From IMG/VR virus record IMGVR_UViG_3300036820_000007, positions 34,489 through 98,488 of that record: 64,000 nt of DNA, one strand, 5' to 3'. The translations under genes and the position numbers were made by a program. Source of the DNA: a virus. Below, piece after piece: positions 49,225 to 57,934 of the stretch (its first letter is position 1; each line of letters opens with the position of its first letter). The notes below the pieces were generated by a model that was not told the origin of the DNA, ran no database searches, and saw only the letters and a program-made list of their open reading frames with translations.

Positions 49225-49584
49225 ATGAAGCGTCTCCTATCTCTTGAACCGGTCTTGTCCGCCGGAGTAGTCCAGTCGGCGGTAGCCCTGGTCGTCGCGC
49301 TCGGCTTCAGCCTGACCGCTGGCCAGTCGGGCGCGATCGAAGCCGCCGCGGCCGCCCTCGGCGCCCTCATCATGGCCCTCTCGGTGCGGCCGTTCCAGGT
49401 TCCGGCGCTCACCGGAGCACTGACTGCGATCGGCACTCTGCTGGTCGCGTACGGGGTGCACGGCGTGACGCCAGGCCTGGTGTCGTCGTTCAACGCGGCG
49501 CTGGTTGCCATCCTGGCGATCGTGCTTCGCGGTCATGTAACCCCGGTGGCCGCGCTGCCGAAGACGGCTCCCGCCAGCATGTAG
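49225..49584 (+). CDS. holin
   Basis: AAGGAG RBS; EPV..., 4 hydrophobic segments, R..VTPV ending. Confidence 0.75.
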   Translation: MKRLLSLEPVLSAGVVQSAVALVVALGFSLTAGQSGAIEAAAAALGALIMALSVRPFQVPALTGALTAIGTLLVAYGVHGVTPGLVSSFNAALVAILAIVLRGHVTPVAALPKTAPASM

Positions 49585-49635
49585 CACGCTCCCCTCCCGG
49601 CCTCGTTCGCATCGATTCCACTGGGAGGTACCCGC

Positions 49636-50232
49636 GTGCCCGAACCCTTCCCCGACTGGACCGAATCCGAGATCTCTTACCTGGCTGCCGACGCAGCCGA
49701 CCGCCGCACCGCCCTCGAGGCGGCGGCGGTTTTTTTGTCGTCCCAGCGGGATCACCCGCAGGGCCCCTTCGGCCGCGCTCGCTGTGCCGGAGTCCGCGAC
49801 TGGCTCAAGGCCGCAGACGAGGCCTATGGCTGGCTGCACCATCGCCACTCCCTGCAAGCCGTCGCGATCGGCCTGGTCGCGGCAAAACCCGATAAGGAAG
49901 GCACGAGGATGACCACCTCTCTGAACCTGCAGGACGACCAGGAGGACGTGTTCGCGCTCTCCGGCGTCGACGACAAGGGCGTCCAGGTGGGCGCACCCAC
50001 CGACACCTGGTCCTGGACGTCAGACGACACGGCCGGCGCGATCATCACGCTCGCCGTCTCGTCCGACACGACCACGTGCACAGTCTCGGCCGTCGCTCCA
50101 GGAACGGCCACCGTATCGGTGTCCGGGGCGAATACGGGACTCCAGGGCGCGGAGGCCGTGATCGTGACCGCCGGGCCGGCCGTGACGATCGACATCGTGC
50201 CCGGAGCGCCGTCGCAGGAGTCTGCGGTCTGA
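49636..50232 (+). CDS. protein with C-terminal Ig-like domain and possible internal start at 49909
   Basis: GGAGG RBS; WTSDD, AVAPGTATVSV. Confidence 0.6.
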   Translation: MPEPFPDWTESEISYLAADAADRRTALEAAAVFLSSQRDHPQGPFGRARCAGVRDWLKAADEAYGWLHHRHSLQAVAIGLVAAKPDKEGTRMTTSLNLQDDQEDVFALSGVDDKGVQVGAPTDTWSWTSDDTAGAIITLAVSSDTTTCTVSAVAPGTATVSVSGANTGLQGAEAVIVTAGPAVTIDIVPGAPSQESAV

Positions 50233-50277
50233 TCCGCTCAGCGCCGTCTAGCCCGTAACCGGGTACCGGCCGGGCTG

Positions 50278-50322
50278 CACCCGCCCTCTGTCCCTGCTCA
50301 GGGACAGAGGGCGGGTGTTTTT
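50278..50322 (+). terminator. late-operon terminator
   Basis: CACCCGCCCTCTGTCCCTG-ct-CAGGGACAGAGGGCGGGTG-TTTTT. Confidence 0.9.
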
Positions 50323-50410
50323 GCTATGCCTGGATATGTGGCCACAGCTTCCCGGTGGGCCTCTCGCGCTTCCGTATCTTGCGACGAATATTGCTTACGG
50401 CACCCTCAGG

Positions 50411-50650
50411 TCAGATCAATCTGGCGATCCATATGACCATGCAGAGGAACAGCCCGCACGCGCCGAGCAGGCCAGAGACGAACGTCAGCCTGACCATCCG
50501 GTCCGGCCACGCTCCGGCCGACCACTTGTGCGTCACGTAGCGGATCCGCCTGAGCCAGGCGATCACCGGGAAGCACGTGGCGACGGCGGCAGCAGCAAAT
50601 GCTCCTCCGGCCAGCGCGAGCGCCAGCTCGGCCTGCCGCTCAAGCGACAT
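50411..50650 (-). CDS. small 2-TM protein
   Basis: hydrophobic segments; coupled to upstream gene. Confidence 0.55.
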   Translation of the reverse strand: MSLERQAELALALAGGAFAAAAVATCFPVIAWLRRIRYVTHKWSAGAWPDRMVRLTFVSGLLGACGLFLCMVIWIARLI

Positions 50651-50861
50651 GGACCGGGCATTCCTTCTTGCTGTAGTGGCAGCTGCAGCGGTTCCAGTGC
50701 CAGGTGTCGCCGCGGCGGATCATGCCCTCGCCCTTGTGATACCGGCACGGGATCACCGTTCTCTCGGGCACCTCTTCCCCGGCGTGGGCTTCCTGCCATT
50801 TGCGGACGCTCTCGATGCAGCAGCGCATCAGGCCGCCGATCTCGATCTTGTGCCCGGCCAT
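50640..50861 (-). CDS. small Cys-rich protein
   Basis: GGLMRCC...C..H...CSC...CPVH; TAATG coupling. Confidence 0.6.
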   Translation of the reverse strand: MAGHKIEIGGLMRCCIESVRKWQEAHAGEEVPERTVIPCRYHKGEGMIRRGDTWHWNRCSCHYSKKECPVHVA

Positions 50862-51091
50862 TAGCCCACCTGCGTGATCAGCTGGTTGAACACGAAGGCA
50901 CCTATCCACGCGAGCGTGCCCAGCATCACGACGATGAGCCCGAACACGACGAGGATGCCCCCGGCATAGCCGAGCTTCTGCGTGGCCGGCCTCTGCCTCT
51001 TCGGCTTCCCGGACGCGGCGCCGAGCTTCCTGGCATCGTCGAAGAAGCCGTCGAGGACGTCGTAAGGCTCTTCTTGCGGGGCGCTGGTCAC
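50861..51091 (-). CDS. small membrane protein
   Basis: GGAGG RBS; C-terminal TM. Confidence 0.6.
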   Translation of the reverse strand: MTSAPQEEPYDVLDGFFDDARKLGAASGKPKRQRPATQKLGYAGGILVVFGLIVVMLGTLAWIGAFVFNQLITQVG

Positions 51092-51360
51092 GATGATCCC
51101 TCCTGGATCAGATCTTCGCGTTCCGGGTACGCAGCCTGCTCGGCCAGCCTGCGCAATGTCCACACGCACTGGCCGAAGATGCCGCCAGAGAGGCCACCGG
51201 TGATCAGCACCAGGTGCTGCAGGTACGCCCAGGCGCCGAACTGGATCCAGGGGCACATGAAGGCGAGCGTCACGAACAAGGCGAAGGTCACCACGTAGCC
51301 GGCGGTGAGGCCGGCCATGAAAGCGCCGAAGGGGGTCATGGGAGACTGCTGGTGATTCAC
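51088..51360 (-). CDS. small 2-TM protein
   Basis: GTGA overlaps on both sides. Confidence 0.6.
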   Translation of the reverse strand: MNHQQSPMTPFGAFMAGLTAGYVVTFALFVTLAFMCPWIQFGAWAYLQHLVLITGGLSGGIFGQCVWTLRRLAEQAAYPEREDLIQEGSS

Positions 51361-51599
51361 CGGTGGCTGCCGCGCCCTTTCCTGAAGACCGCCGCCGCAC
51401 GGCTGGCCGCGGGCCGCCCTGATCGCCGATGGCGGCCTGGGGTAGCCGGTGCCGCTGCTAACGGGCCTGATGCTGCCGGAACTGCGGCCTGCTGGCCGGC
51501 GATCGACGTCAGATGACCGAGCGTCGCCCGCTGGCGTTCCGTCAGCCCCGAAAGGGCCTCTTCTGCCCTGGTTGCCGCCATCTCAGCCACCTGGATCAT
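51357..51599 (-). CDS. hypothetical protein
   Basis: fills operon; start uncertain. Confidence 0.4.
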   Translation of the reverse strand: MIQVAEMAATRAEEALSGLTERQRATLGHLTSIAGQQAAVPAASGPLAAAPATPGRHRRSGRPAASRAAAVFRKGRGSHR

Positions 51600-51699
51600 T
51601 TTGCCGGGGTGTTCTTTTCTCAAAGCAGCGCCCTGGCCGGGCGGAGAATACTGCGCCATCTTCGGGGTGAACCCGGCCAGGGTGCTGCCGCTTCAGGGA

Positions 51700-52446
51700 T
51701 CAGGTGCAATGGGCCTGATCTGGTGCCAGGATATCGCCGTCGGCCTTTACGGCGCCGTCCTGGTTACTGGCCGCGTCTATCCACTGATAGGCGTCGTTCG
51801 GGCACGCCTTGTTGCTGCCGAAGTTCGCCGTGTAGGTCCACGACCAGTTGCCCAGGTCCGGGCCACCTGGATTCGCCACCGAGTTGAAGTGCGCCGACGG
51901 GCCGAAAAACTGCTCCACCCAGTTGGTGGTCGTCCCGCGTCCCGACGGGTCCTGGCCGTTGTTGTTAATCTTGGGCGGCGCTAGCGCCGGATTGGCGGTC
52001 TTCTGATCGGAGTAGAACGTGATGTCGGCGCTGCCACCGCTGAACGCCCCCTTCACGAACGCATGCAGCGTCTGGTCCTGCGCGCCGGGCGACTTCGAGT
52101 GCGAGAAGAACGTGGGATTGACGGTAAACGTCCCCTTGTCGGCGATCTTTCCGGTCCACTCGTAGCAGTAGCCCGTGGAACTCACCGGGCAATTCGACAG
52201 CGACACTGTGCCCACAAGCGTCACTGAGGCCGTGCGCGTGAAGTTGTCGTTCGCCCACGTCTGGTTCGGCTTGGGGCCAGGTGTGGCATTGTCGTGGTTC
52301 CCGCCGTCCGGGCGATTGCTCAGCACCGTGGATGCGCTGGCCGTCATTCCCGCAGGAGCCGACGGTGACGCGCTGGCGATAGCCGCGCCTCCGAGGGCGG
52401 CCGCAACCGCCAGGACCGGGACAGCGATCATGATCCGCTTAAGCAT
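51700..52446 (-). CDS. secreted protein
   Basis: Sec-type signal peptide; two Cys pairs. Confidence 0.75.
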   Translation of the reverse strand: MLKRIMIAVPVLAVAAALGGAAIASASPSAPAGMTASASTVLSNRPDGGNHDNATPGPKPNQTWANDNFTRTASVTLVGTVSLSNCPVSSTGYCYEWTGKIADKGTFTVNPTFFSHSKSPGAQDQTLHAFVKGAFSGGSADITFYSDQKTANPALAPPKINNNGQDPSGRGTTTNWVEQFFGPSAHFNSVANPGGPDLGNWSWTYTANFGSNKACPNDAYQWIDAASNQDGAVKADGDILAPDQAHCT

Positions 52447-52518
52447 TGCGATCCCTCTCTTCGGGTCCCGCTGTCCCCGCCGCGGGGACAGCGGCGGGGA
52501 CAGCGGGAACGCCGGGGC

Positions 52519-53238
52519 TCAGACCGTGTAGGGACCGGAGGTGATGCGGGCTTCCTGGGTGTCCTGGCCGCTTCCGCCGTTCAGGCTCACGGTCGACCAC
52601 CTGGGCGCCTGCCATGCCGTGGTGTTCTGCACCGACAGGACCAGCGGCGAGGAGAAGTTGTTGCTCGCCCCGCTGATCAGCCACTCGGATCCGGCCGTCG
52701 TCGAGCCGCCCGGCAGGGCGCTGGCCTCGATGATGACCGTGGCCGAGTCGACGCCGCACGGCTCGAGCCGTGCCTTCCACCCGGACGGCACCGAGGCGTC
52801 GTTGTCCCAGTCGCCGATGCACATTGACTCCGGGCCGCCGTCGTTCGGGTTGAACGCCAGCTGGAACGTGGTGTCGCCGCCCAGGCCGTCGGTGTCGAGC
52901 AGGTGGCACTGGTTGTTGGTGAACACTGAGCCGATCTGCGCCTGGCCGGAGCCGTTGCAGTACGTCGGGTCAATCGTGCCGACGGTGATCTCGGAGAAGT
53001 CCTCGGCGGACGAGGCGTTCGACCCCTGGTTGAGTGCGATCGTGTTGTTGGTCTTGGTCAGGCCCGAGTGGTCCTTGACCAGTTCGTGCTGGCCGGGCTG
53101 CAGGAAGTGGATGTCCACGCAGGAGGTGCTGCAGGCGTTCGTGGCCGCCCCGGCTGGTGCGGCAGCCACTCCAAACGCGAGGCCTAGAGCGCCGCCTGCG
53201 GCCGCGATTCCGGCCGCGATTCTTCCGAACTTGCGCAC
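52519..53238 (-). CDS. secreted Cys-containing protein, possibly ricin-B/beta-trefoil-like
   Basis: AGGAG RBS; signal peptide; C...CVD, MCIG...LEPCG. Confidence 0.7.
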   Translation of the reverse strand: MRKFGRIAAGIAAAGGALGLAFGVAAAPAGAATNACSTSCVDIHFLQPGQHELVKDHSGLTKTNNTIALNQGSNASSAEDFSEITVGTIDPTYCNGSGQAQIGSVFTNNQCHLLDTDGLGGDTTFQLAFNPNDGGPESMCIGDWDNDASVPSGWKARLEPCGVDSATVIIEASALPGGSTTAGSEWLISGASNNFSSPLVLSVQNTTAWQAPRWSTVSLNGGSGQDTQEARITSGPYTV

Positions 53239-53285
53239 TGAGTAACTCCTTCTGTAAGTAATAGCCTTGCTGTGCGTTGGCTGCT

Positions 53286-53507
53286 TCATGCGCACACGTC
53301 CTCAGCGCCGGGCCCTTCCTCCGAGCCGGTGAACAGTGCGCGCACTTCTATCTCGCGGTACCTGCGGTGCCCGCCCGGTGTGCGGACGAACGGAAGCTTG
53401 CCGATCTTGGCCCAGCGGGTGACGGTCCTCGGGTCGACGCGGAACAGGGCCGCTACCTCACCCGGGGTCATCATCTGGTCCTCGGGTGCTACGCCGCCGT
53501 GCCCCAT
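53286..53507 (-). CDS. bldC: BldC-family MerR-like DNA-binding protein
   Basis: MTPGEVAALFRVDPRTVTRWAKIGKL..VRTPGGHRRYRE.EVRAL closely matches Streptomyces BldC as I recall it. Confidence 0.85.
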   Translation of the reverse strand: MGHGGVAPEDQMMTPGEVAALFRVDPRTVTRWAKIGKLPFVRTPGGHRRYREIEVRALFTGSEEGPGAEDVCA

Positions 53508-53742
53508 GTGTGGCCCCCTTCTGGTCACACTCAGTCACCGCCGGTGGTAACTGATCGCGAGCAACCTAGCACGGTGTGTAAGTATTGCAGGCCCAACTCC
53601 GTTATTTACGCAGGTAACGAGATTGTTACGGGTTTACGTGAACACCCGCGACAGTTTGACGCCATGACGACGCAGCGGGTTTACAGGATCACGCTAAGCA
53701 AATCGGTCACGTACGGTAATGACCAGTTTTGCCCAATGCGGA

Positions 53743-54411
53743 CTAGCGCATACCTTGCCAGACGGCAACCAGGGCGGAGGCGCGCAGCAGCACCTCATCG
53801 TCAGGTGGCGGGGAGAGGTTTCTTGCCTCGTAGCAGAGGGTGCTCAGCCATCCCACCACTGAGCCCGTACCGAACTCCGGATCGCCCAGCACGTCCGCCA
53901 GCTCGCCGATTGTCCCGGCCAGTTCTTCAGGGAGACGGTCGGCAGCGCTCACGATATCCGCCGTCACCCGGTCAATCTCCGGACGGAAGGCCGCCACCCA
54001 CGACGGCTCGCGGTTCCGGGTCGGAGGGCGCCGCCGCCCCGCTCGCGCGTCCTTGCGGCGCTCAGGGCCAGCGCCGGCTTCGAGCCGTTGCGACATCTCC
54101 TTGGCTCCCGAGCGGCCGCGGAATCCCCAGATCACCGCGATCCGCTCCCAGGTGATCCCGCAGGCGCGCGCAACCTGGATCACGCCCAGGTCCTCGCGGT
54201 CGGCGATGGTCTTCAGTGCGCGCCGTATGAGCAGCGCATCTTCCGCGTCAGCCGCCAGGACGCTCGCCGGAACCTTGCGGTGGGTACGCACGTACCGGGC
54301 CACGCCAGCAGGATCATCGGGCAGCAGCTCGCTATCATCGCAGCGGGCGCGGCGAACGCGGATCCGGCCAGCAGCGGCTTCGCATACGCGCTCCGGCGGC
54401 TCATCTGCCAC
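53743..54411 (-). CDS. HTH-containing protein (repressor-like)
   Basis: AR..GITWERIA..WG..GRSGA; start GTG 54411 or ATG 54420. Confidence 0.6.
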   Translation of the reverse strand: MADEPPERVCEAAAGRIRVRRARCDDSELLPDDPAGVARYVRTHRKVPASVLAADAEDALLIRRALKTIADREDLGVIQVARACGITWERIAVIWGFRGRSGAKEMSQRLEAGAGPERRKDARAGRRRPPTRNREPSWVAAFRPEIDRVTADIVSAADRLPEELAGTIGELADVLGDPEFGTGSVVGWLSTLCYEARNLSPPPDDEVLLRASALVAVWQGMR

Positions 54412-54444
54412 GACGTTCATGAAACGTGAACGTCGTGGCAGATG
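54402..54444. repeat. perfect 18-bp inverted repeat, 7-bp spacer
   Basis: CATCTGCCACGACGTTCA-tgaaacg-TGAACGTCGTGGCAGATG. Confidence 0.95.
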
Positions 54445-54453
54445 TCAAGTGCG

Positions 54454-55101
54454 TCAGCCACCAGCCTGGTCCGCGTCGAGCTCATCGAGCACCCGGGCCA
54501 GTGCTTCGGCCTGCACTTCCCAGGCCCATATGCCGGGGATGAGCTTCAGCCGCTCGGAAAGCTGGTGCATCGCCAGGGCCACGTCCTCATGCAGCTGAGA
54601 CCCTGCCCTCGTGGGCTTGCGGCTCGCGTCGCCGCGGACGCGCCACGCCAGGGCCCATTGTGCCGCCTCGGGAGGTACCCACGCTGCCAGTTCCTCAGGG
54701 TCCTCCGGCGGGAACCAGTCTTCCAGCGGGGACTGCGGGATCCGTGCGAACGCCACGTTCAGGTAGTGCAGGAGGCCGAGCTGAAGGTCTCCGCTGGCGT
54801 CCCGGTCGCGGACAAGCCGGCGCACCAGCCGGGCCGACAGGGTGTCCGGCAGCTGGGTCGTGTACCGCACCCAGGCCTGGGGCTCGTGCCGTGACGAGTT
54901 CCGCGCAGCGATCACGGCCTCGCGTGCACTGACGCGGCTTCGCGATCGCCTGGAACGCGGCGGCTGGACCGGCCGCGCGAACTCCTTCGGCTCGATCGCA
55001 GCAGCGACAGGGCGCAGGGGAGTGCTTTCCGGCGCTTCGTCATCAGGCAGGGGCCTCGGCACGCCGATCAGCCCGCGGAACTTGTTATCTCGCGGCGGCA
55101 C
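54454..55101 (-). CDS. putative centromere-binding partner of ParA (non-CTPase, RHH-like)
   Basis: overlaps parA stop; disordered N-terminus then two beta-helix-helix-like units; no GxxRxxA motif. Confidence 0.55.
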   Translation of the reverse strand: MPPRDNKFRGLIGVPRPLPDDEAPESTPLRPVAAAIEPKEFARPVQPPRSRRSRSRVSAREAVIAARNSSRHEPQAWVRYTTQLPDTLSARLVRRLVRDRDASGDLQLGLLHYLNVAFARIPQSPLEDWFPPEDPEELAAWVPPEAAQWALAWRVRGDASRKPTRAGSQLHEDVALAMHQLSERLKLIPGIWAWEVQAEALARVLDELDADQAGG

Positions 55102-55888
55102 GGTGCGCACCTCCCCGCCTGCGGTCGGCCTTCTCGGCAACTTCCGCAGCGAACGCCTTGTAGGCGTCGGCCAGATCCGGGTGCATGCCCTTGTCGCTGG
55201 CCACGATCCGGTCGGCCACGGCATCCTCCGCGCCTGCGCGCTGGGGGATCGCCGTTGCGAATGACGGGTAAGCGCTCTCATCGATCTCGGCGACCACGTC
55301 GCGCCCGATCCGGGTCCGCGCGTCGACCTTCGTCGCCAGCAGGCCCAGCAGCGTCGCCTCGATCACCTCGTCGTCGCGCTGTTCGTCGATCCAGCCGATG
55401 AACTTGGCCAGGGCCGACATGCTCCATACGGCCGCGCTGACCGGGATGATGATGTGCTCAGCCGCGACCAGGGCGCCGAGGGTGAGGTGTGACAGGTTGG
55501 GCCCGGTGTCGAAAAGGATGTAGTCAAACTCGCCGCGCACGGGCCGCAGGGCGCGCTCGATACGCTGCTCGCCTGCCGCAGAGACCACGAGCTCCTTGTC
55601 CAGCAGCGCCAGATCGAACCCGGCCGGCAGTACGCGCAGGCCGTCAACACGCGTCGGCCGGATCACATCGCGCACCGGGACGCGCTCGGCGATGATTGAG
55701 CGCAGGGTCCGGGTGATGTCAGCTTCGGGAATGAACATCTCACTGGCATTCGCCTGCGGGTCGCAGTCCACGAGAAGTACTGCGTAGCCCTGGCTGGCGA
55801 GGCACGCGGCCAAGTTGACGGCCGTGGTCGTCTTGCCCACGCCGCCCTTGAACATCGCTAGCGTGATTACGGTTGCCTGGGGGGACAT
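55085..55888 (-). CDS. parA: ParA family partition ATPase
   Basis: KGGVGKTT, DCDPQAN, YILFDTGP; TACCAT-N8-ATG leaderless start. Confidence 0.92.
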   Translation of the reverse strand: MSPQATVITLAMFKGGVGKTTTAVNLAACLASQGYAVLLVDCDPQANASEMFIPEADITRTLRSIIAERVPVRDVIRPTRVDGLRVLPAGFDLALLDKELVVSAAGEQRIERALRPVRGEFDYILFDTGPNLSHLTLGALVAAEHIIIPVSAAVWSMSALAKFIGWIDEQRDDEVIEATLLGLLATKVDARTRIGRDVVAEIDESAYPSFATAIPQRAGAEDAVADRIVASDKGMHPDLADAYKAFAAEVAEKADRRRGGAHRAAAR

Positions 55889-56110
55889 GCCCCCAGATGG
55901 TAGACCGCCTTCGTGGCCCAGGGGAAGCACTGGCGCACGATTGCCTTCCCTTTTCTGCCCGGGCATGCCGCGCTTGCGCATCGCCTGTACTGGGCCACCG
56001 GCGGAAGAGTGCACGGCGGGCGCTGCGGGCGCTGCGGGGGAGTGGCTTCTACCTTCGGGCACGCGCGGTCGCCCTGGTGCTGTGCCGGTCACGTCCACTA
56101 GCCCCTTCAC

Positions 56111-56150
56111 GTGCGCACGCCTCCACATGCGAACGTGCGACTATGCGAAT
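56111..56150 (-). repeat. 8-bp register repeat array (parS candidate)
   Basis: + strand gtgcgcac, (gap of 8), atgcgaac, gtgcgact, atgcgaat. Confidence 0.65.
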
Positions 56151-56213
56151 GCAGTAAGCGCACACCCTGCCAAGCGCCGCGCATGTCACCCTGAGAGGGT
56201 AAGATGTAACGCT

Positions 56214-56423
56214 ATGCTTACCCCTTTGGAAAGGGCGTTACGGCCCAGCCCAGTAGAAACTATCTACGAGAGGGCCGCCAGGCGGCTGGAGGAACGCTGC
56301 CCTCCCTGGAAGGTGCACTACGGCGTGAACGGCTACCTAGCCACCTGCGAAGGCGAGGAGCCCATCCGCGGGACCTGCGCCCAAGCGGTTGAGGCCCAGA
56401 TTGCGGCGAAACGGCGGCGGTAA
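56214..56423 (+). CDS. hypothetical protein, leaderless
   Basis: TAAGAT-N8-ATG. Confidence 0.55.
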   Translation: MLTPLERALRPSPVETIYERAARRLEERCPPWKVHYGVNGYLATCEGEEPIRGTCAQAVEAQIAAKRRR

Positions 56424-56432
56424 GTGGAAAGC

Positions 56433-56564
56433 ATGAGCGATGGCCGCGGCAGCAGCTCCTACAACGGCCCGGTCGGCCCCTGCGCGCCTAACGACTACAT
56501 GGGCGGCGAGCCGATGAACAGGCCCGACGACCACTGGATGGGCATCTGGCACGGGACGCTGTAG
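56433..56564 (+). CDS. 43-aa micro-ORF
   Basis: ATG...TAG with typical codon use, fills gap. Confidence 0.35.
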   Translation: MSDGRGSSSYNGPVGPCAPNDYMGGEPMNRPDDHWMGIWHGTL

Positions 56565-56590
56565 ACCTCTCGGGGCAGAGCTCCCTGATT

Positions 56591-56785
56591 TCAGGCGCTG
56601 CCGAACTCGCCGTCCCGCACACCGGCGGCGAATGCGAGCCACTCGTCTGCGGTGCACTGGAGCATGGGGCCTGCGGGATCCTTGCTGTCGCGCACGGCGA
56701 CCCCGCCACCCGGCAGGTTCGCAATCTCGACGCAGTTGCTGTTTGAGAAACTCCGGCTGCTCTTGACCCAGACCAAAGCTGGCAT
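56591..56785 (-). CDS. DUF397 (BldB-family) protein
   Basis: WVKSSRS..NSNCVEIA...VAVRDSKDP...EW.AF..GVRDGEF. Confidence 0.92.
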   Translation of the reverse strand: MPALVWVKSSRSFSNSNCVEIANLPGGGVAVRDSKDPAGPMLQCTADEWLAFAAGVRDGEFGSA

Positions 56786-56963
56786 GGCTTGAAGTGGCCT
56801 TTCTTCAGGGGGGGCGTCGCCGGCCCGCAAGGCCGGACGACCCAAAGAATACCGGCCGTAACTGGCGCCGAGCAGATCGTGACACCCTATGAGTGCATTT
56901 GCCCGGGAGGCATCCCCGCATACGCTGGCACAGTTACCTTCTGTAGTCGTATGATTACGCTCC

Positions 56964-57167
56964 ATGACGAACCTGCCCCCGGGACCAGGCTGCCTGTCCT
57001 GCGCCCTCGACGACGGCCCGTGCAACTGCGACCGGGATTGCGGGGCGCGTGTCTGCATGGGGGGAGTGCGTGTAGCCGGTGAGCCTGAGCATGGCGCCGG
57101 GCGGGGACGCTGGTGGCCACTGCGCCGGGAGCGCCCCAGGCACGCCAGGCCGCGGCGCGCCGCCTAG
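56964..57167 (+). CDS. small Cys-rich protein, leaderless
   Basis: TATGAT-N8-ATG; six Cys. Confidence 0.45.
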   Translation: MTNLPPGPGCLSCALDDGPCNCDRDCGARVCMGGVRVAGEPEHGAGRGRWWPLRRERPRHARPRRAA

Positions 57168-57928
57168 CCCCTCAGCGTCTGCGCCAGGCTCGTCCAGCCG
57201 CTAGTGCCGCCTCCGCCCCCGGCGCTGCCGCCTCCAGCAAAGACGGGCATGCCGCTGGTGTCGAACGTCACGTCCAGGGACTGCGGGCGGTAGTCGTGAC
57301 AAACGTTGGCCACCGCTTTGAAGCGGGCCACATCCGTCATGATCACCAGGGACTGGGCGAGGTAGGTCTCGGCCGGGACGAGCGAGCCGGGATGGGCGCA
57401 GTACGAGCGCACCGCCTCGCCGTTCTCGTCGAGTTCCAGCACGTTCCCACTCTGGCTGCCGTCGGCGATAATGCGCCACGGCGAGCCGTCACTGGCCGTC
57501 ACTGAGAACCAGCGGTACTCCTCATACGTCTTCCGCTGATCCTCGCTCATCCAGGCCAGGAGGCGCTGCGTGGCCAGTTCCAGCCGGATGGCCTTAGCGC
57601 GCTGGCGCTCCTCCTCGGCCTCCCTGGCCAGCCGCGCCTGCTCCTGCTGGCGGGCCGCCTCCTCGGGGGAGAGCTGGACCTGCAGCACAGCGCCCGTCGG
57701 CAGGTCCACCGCCCCGCGCAGAACAAACGGGGCACCTTCGGCGCGAACGACCGTCCAGTCCGCGCCGCCCGCCGCGCGAAAGGTGTACTGCTCATTGGCG
57801 GTGGCCAGAATGCAGAAGTCGCCATCGCCGGGGGTCGCGGTCATAGGGGCACCCAGGGTGACCGGGACCCCCGGCATCACATCAACCGGTCCCCACACCA
57901 AGTGGGAGTCGGCAACTCCGTCCGGCAA
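57164..57928 (-). CDS. coiled coil + CxHP domain protein
   Basis: LL..MS..Q......F.V..S.G..WRI...GNV...YCAHP...P..TYLAQ.L...D..RF...AN. Confidence 0.75.
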   Translation of the reverse strand: MPDGVADSHLVWGPVDVMPGVPVTLGAPMTATPGDGDFCILATANEQYTFRAAGGADWTVVRAEGAPFVLRGAVDLPTGAVLQVQLSPEEAARQQEQARLAREAEEERQRAKAIRLELATQRLLAWMSEDQRKTYEEYRWFSVTASDGSPWRIIADGSQSGNVLELDENGEAVRSYCAHPGSLVPAETYLAQSLVIMTDVARFKAVANVCHDYRPQSLDVTFDTSGMPVFAGGGSAGGGGGTSGWTSLAQTLRG

Positions 57929-57934
57929 TGAAAC

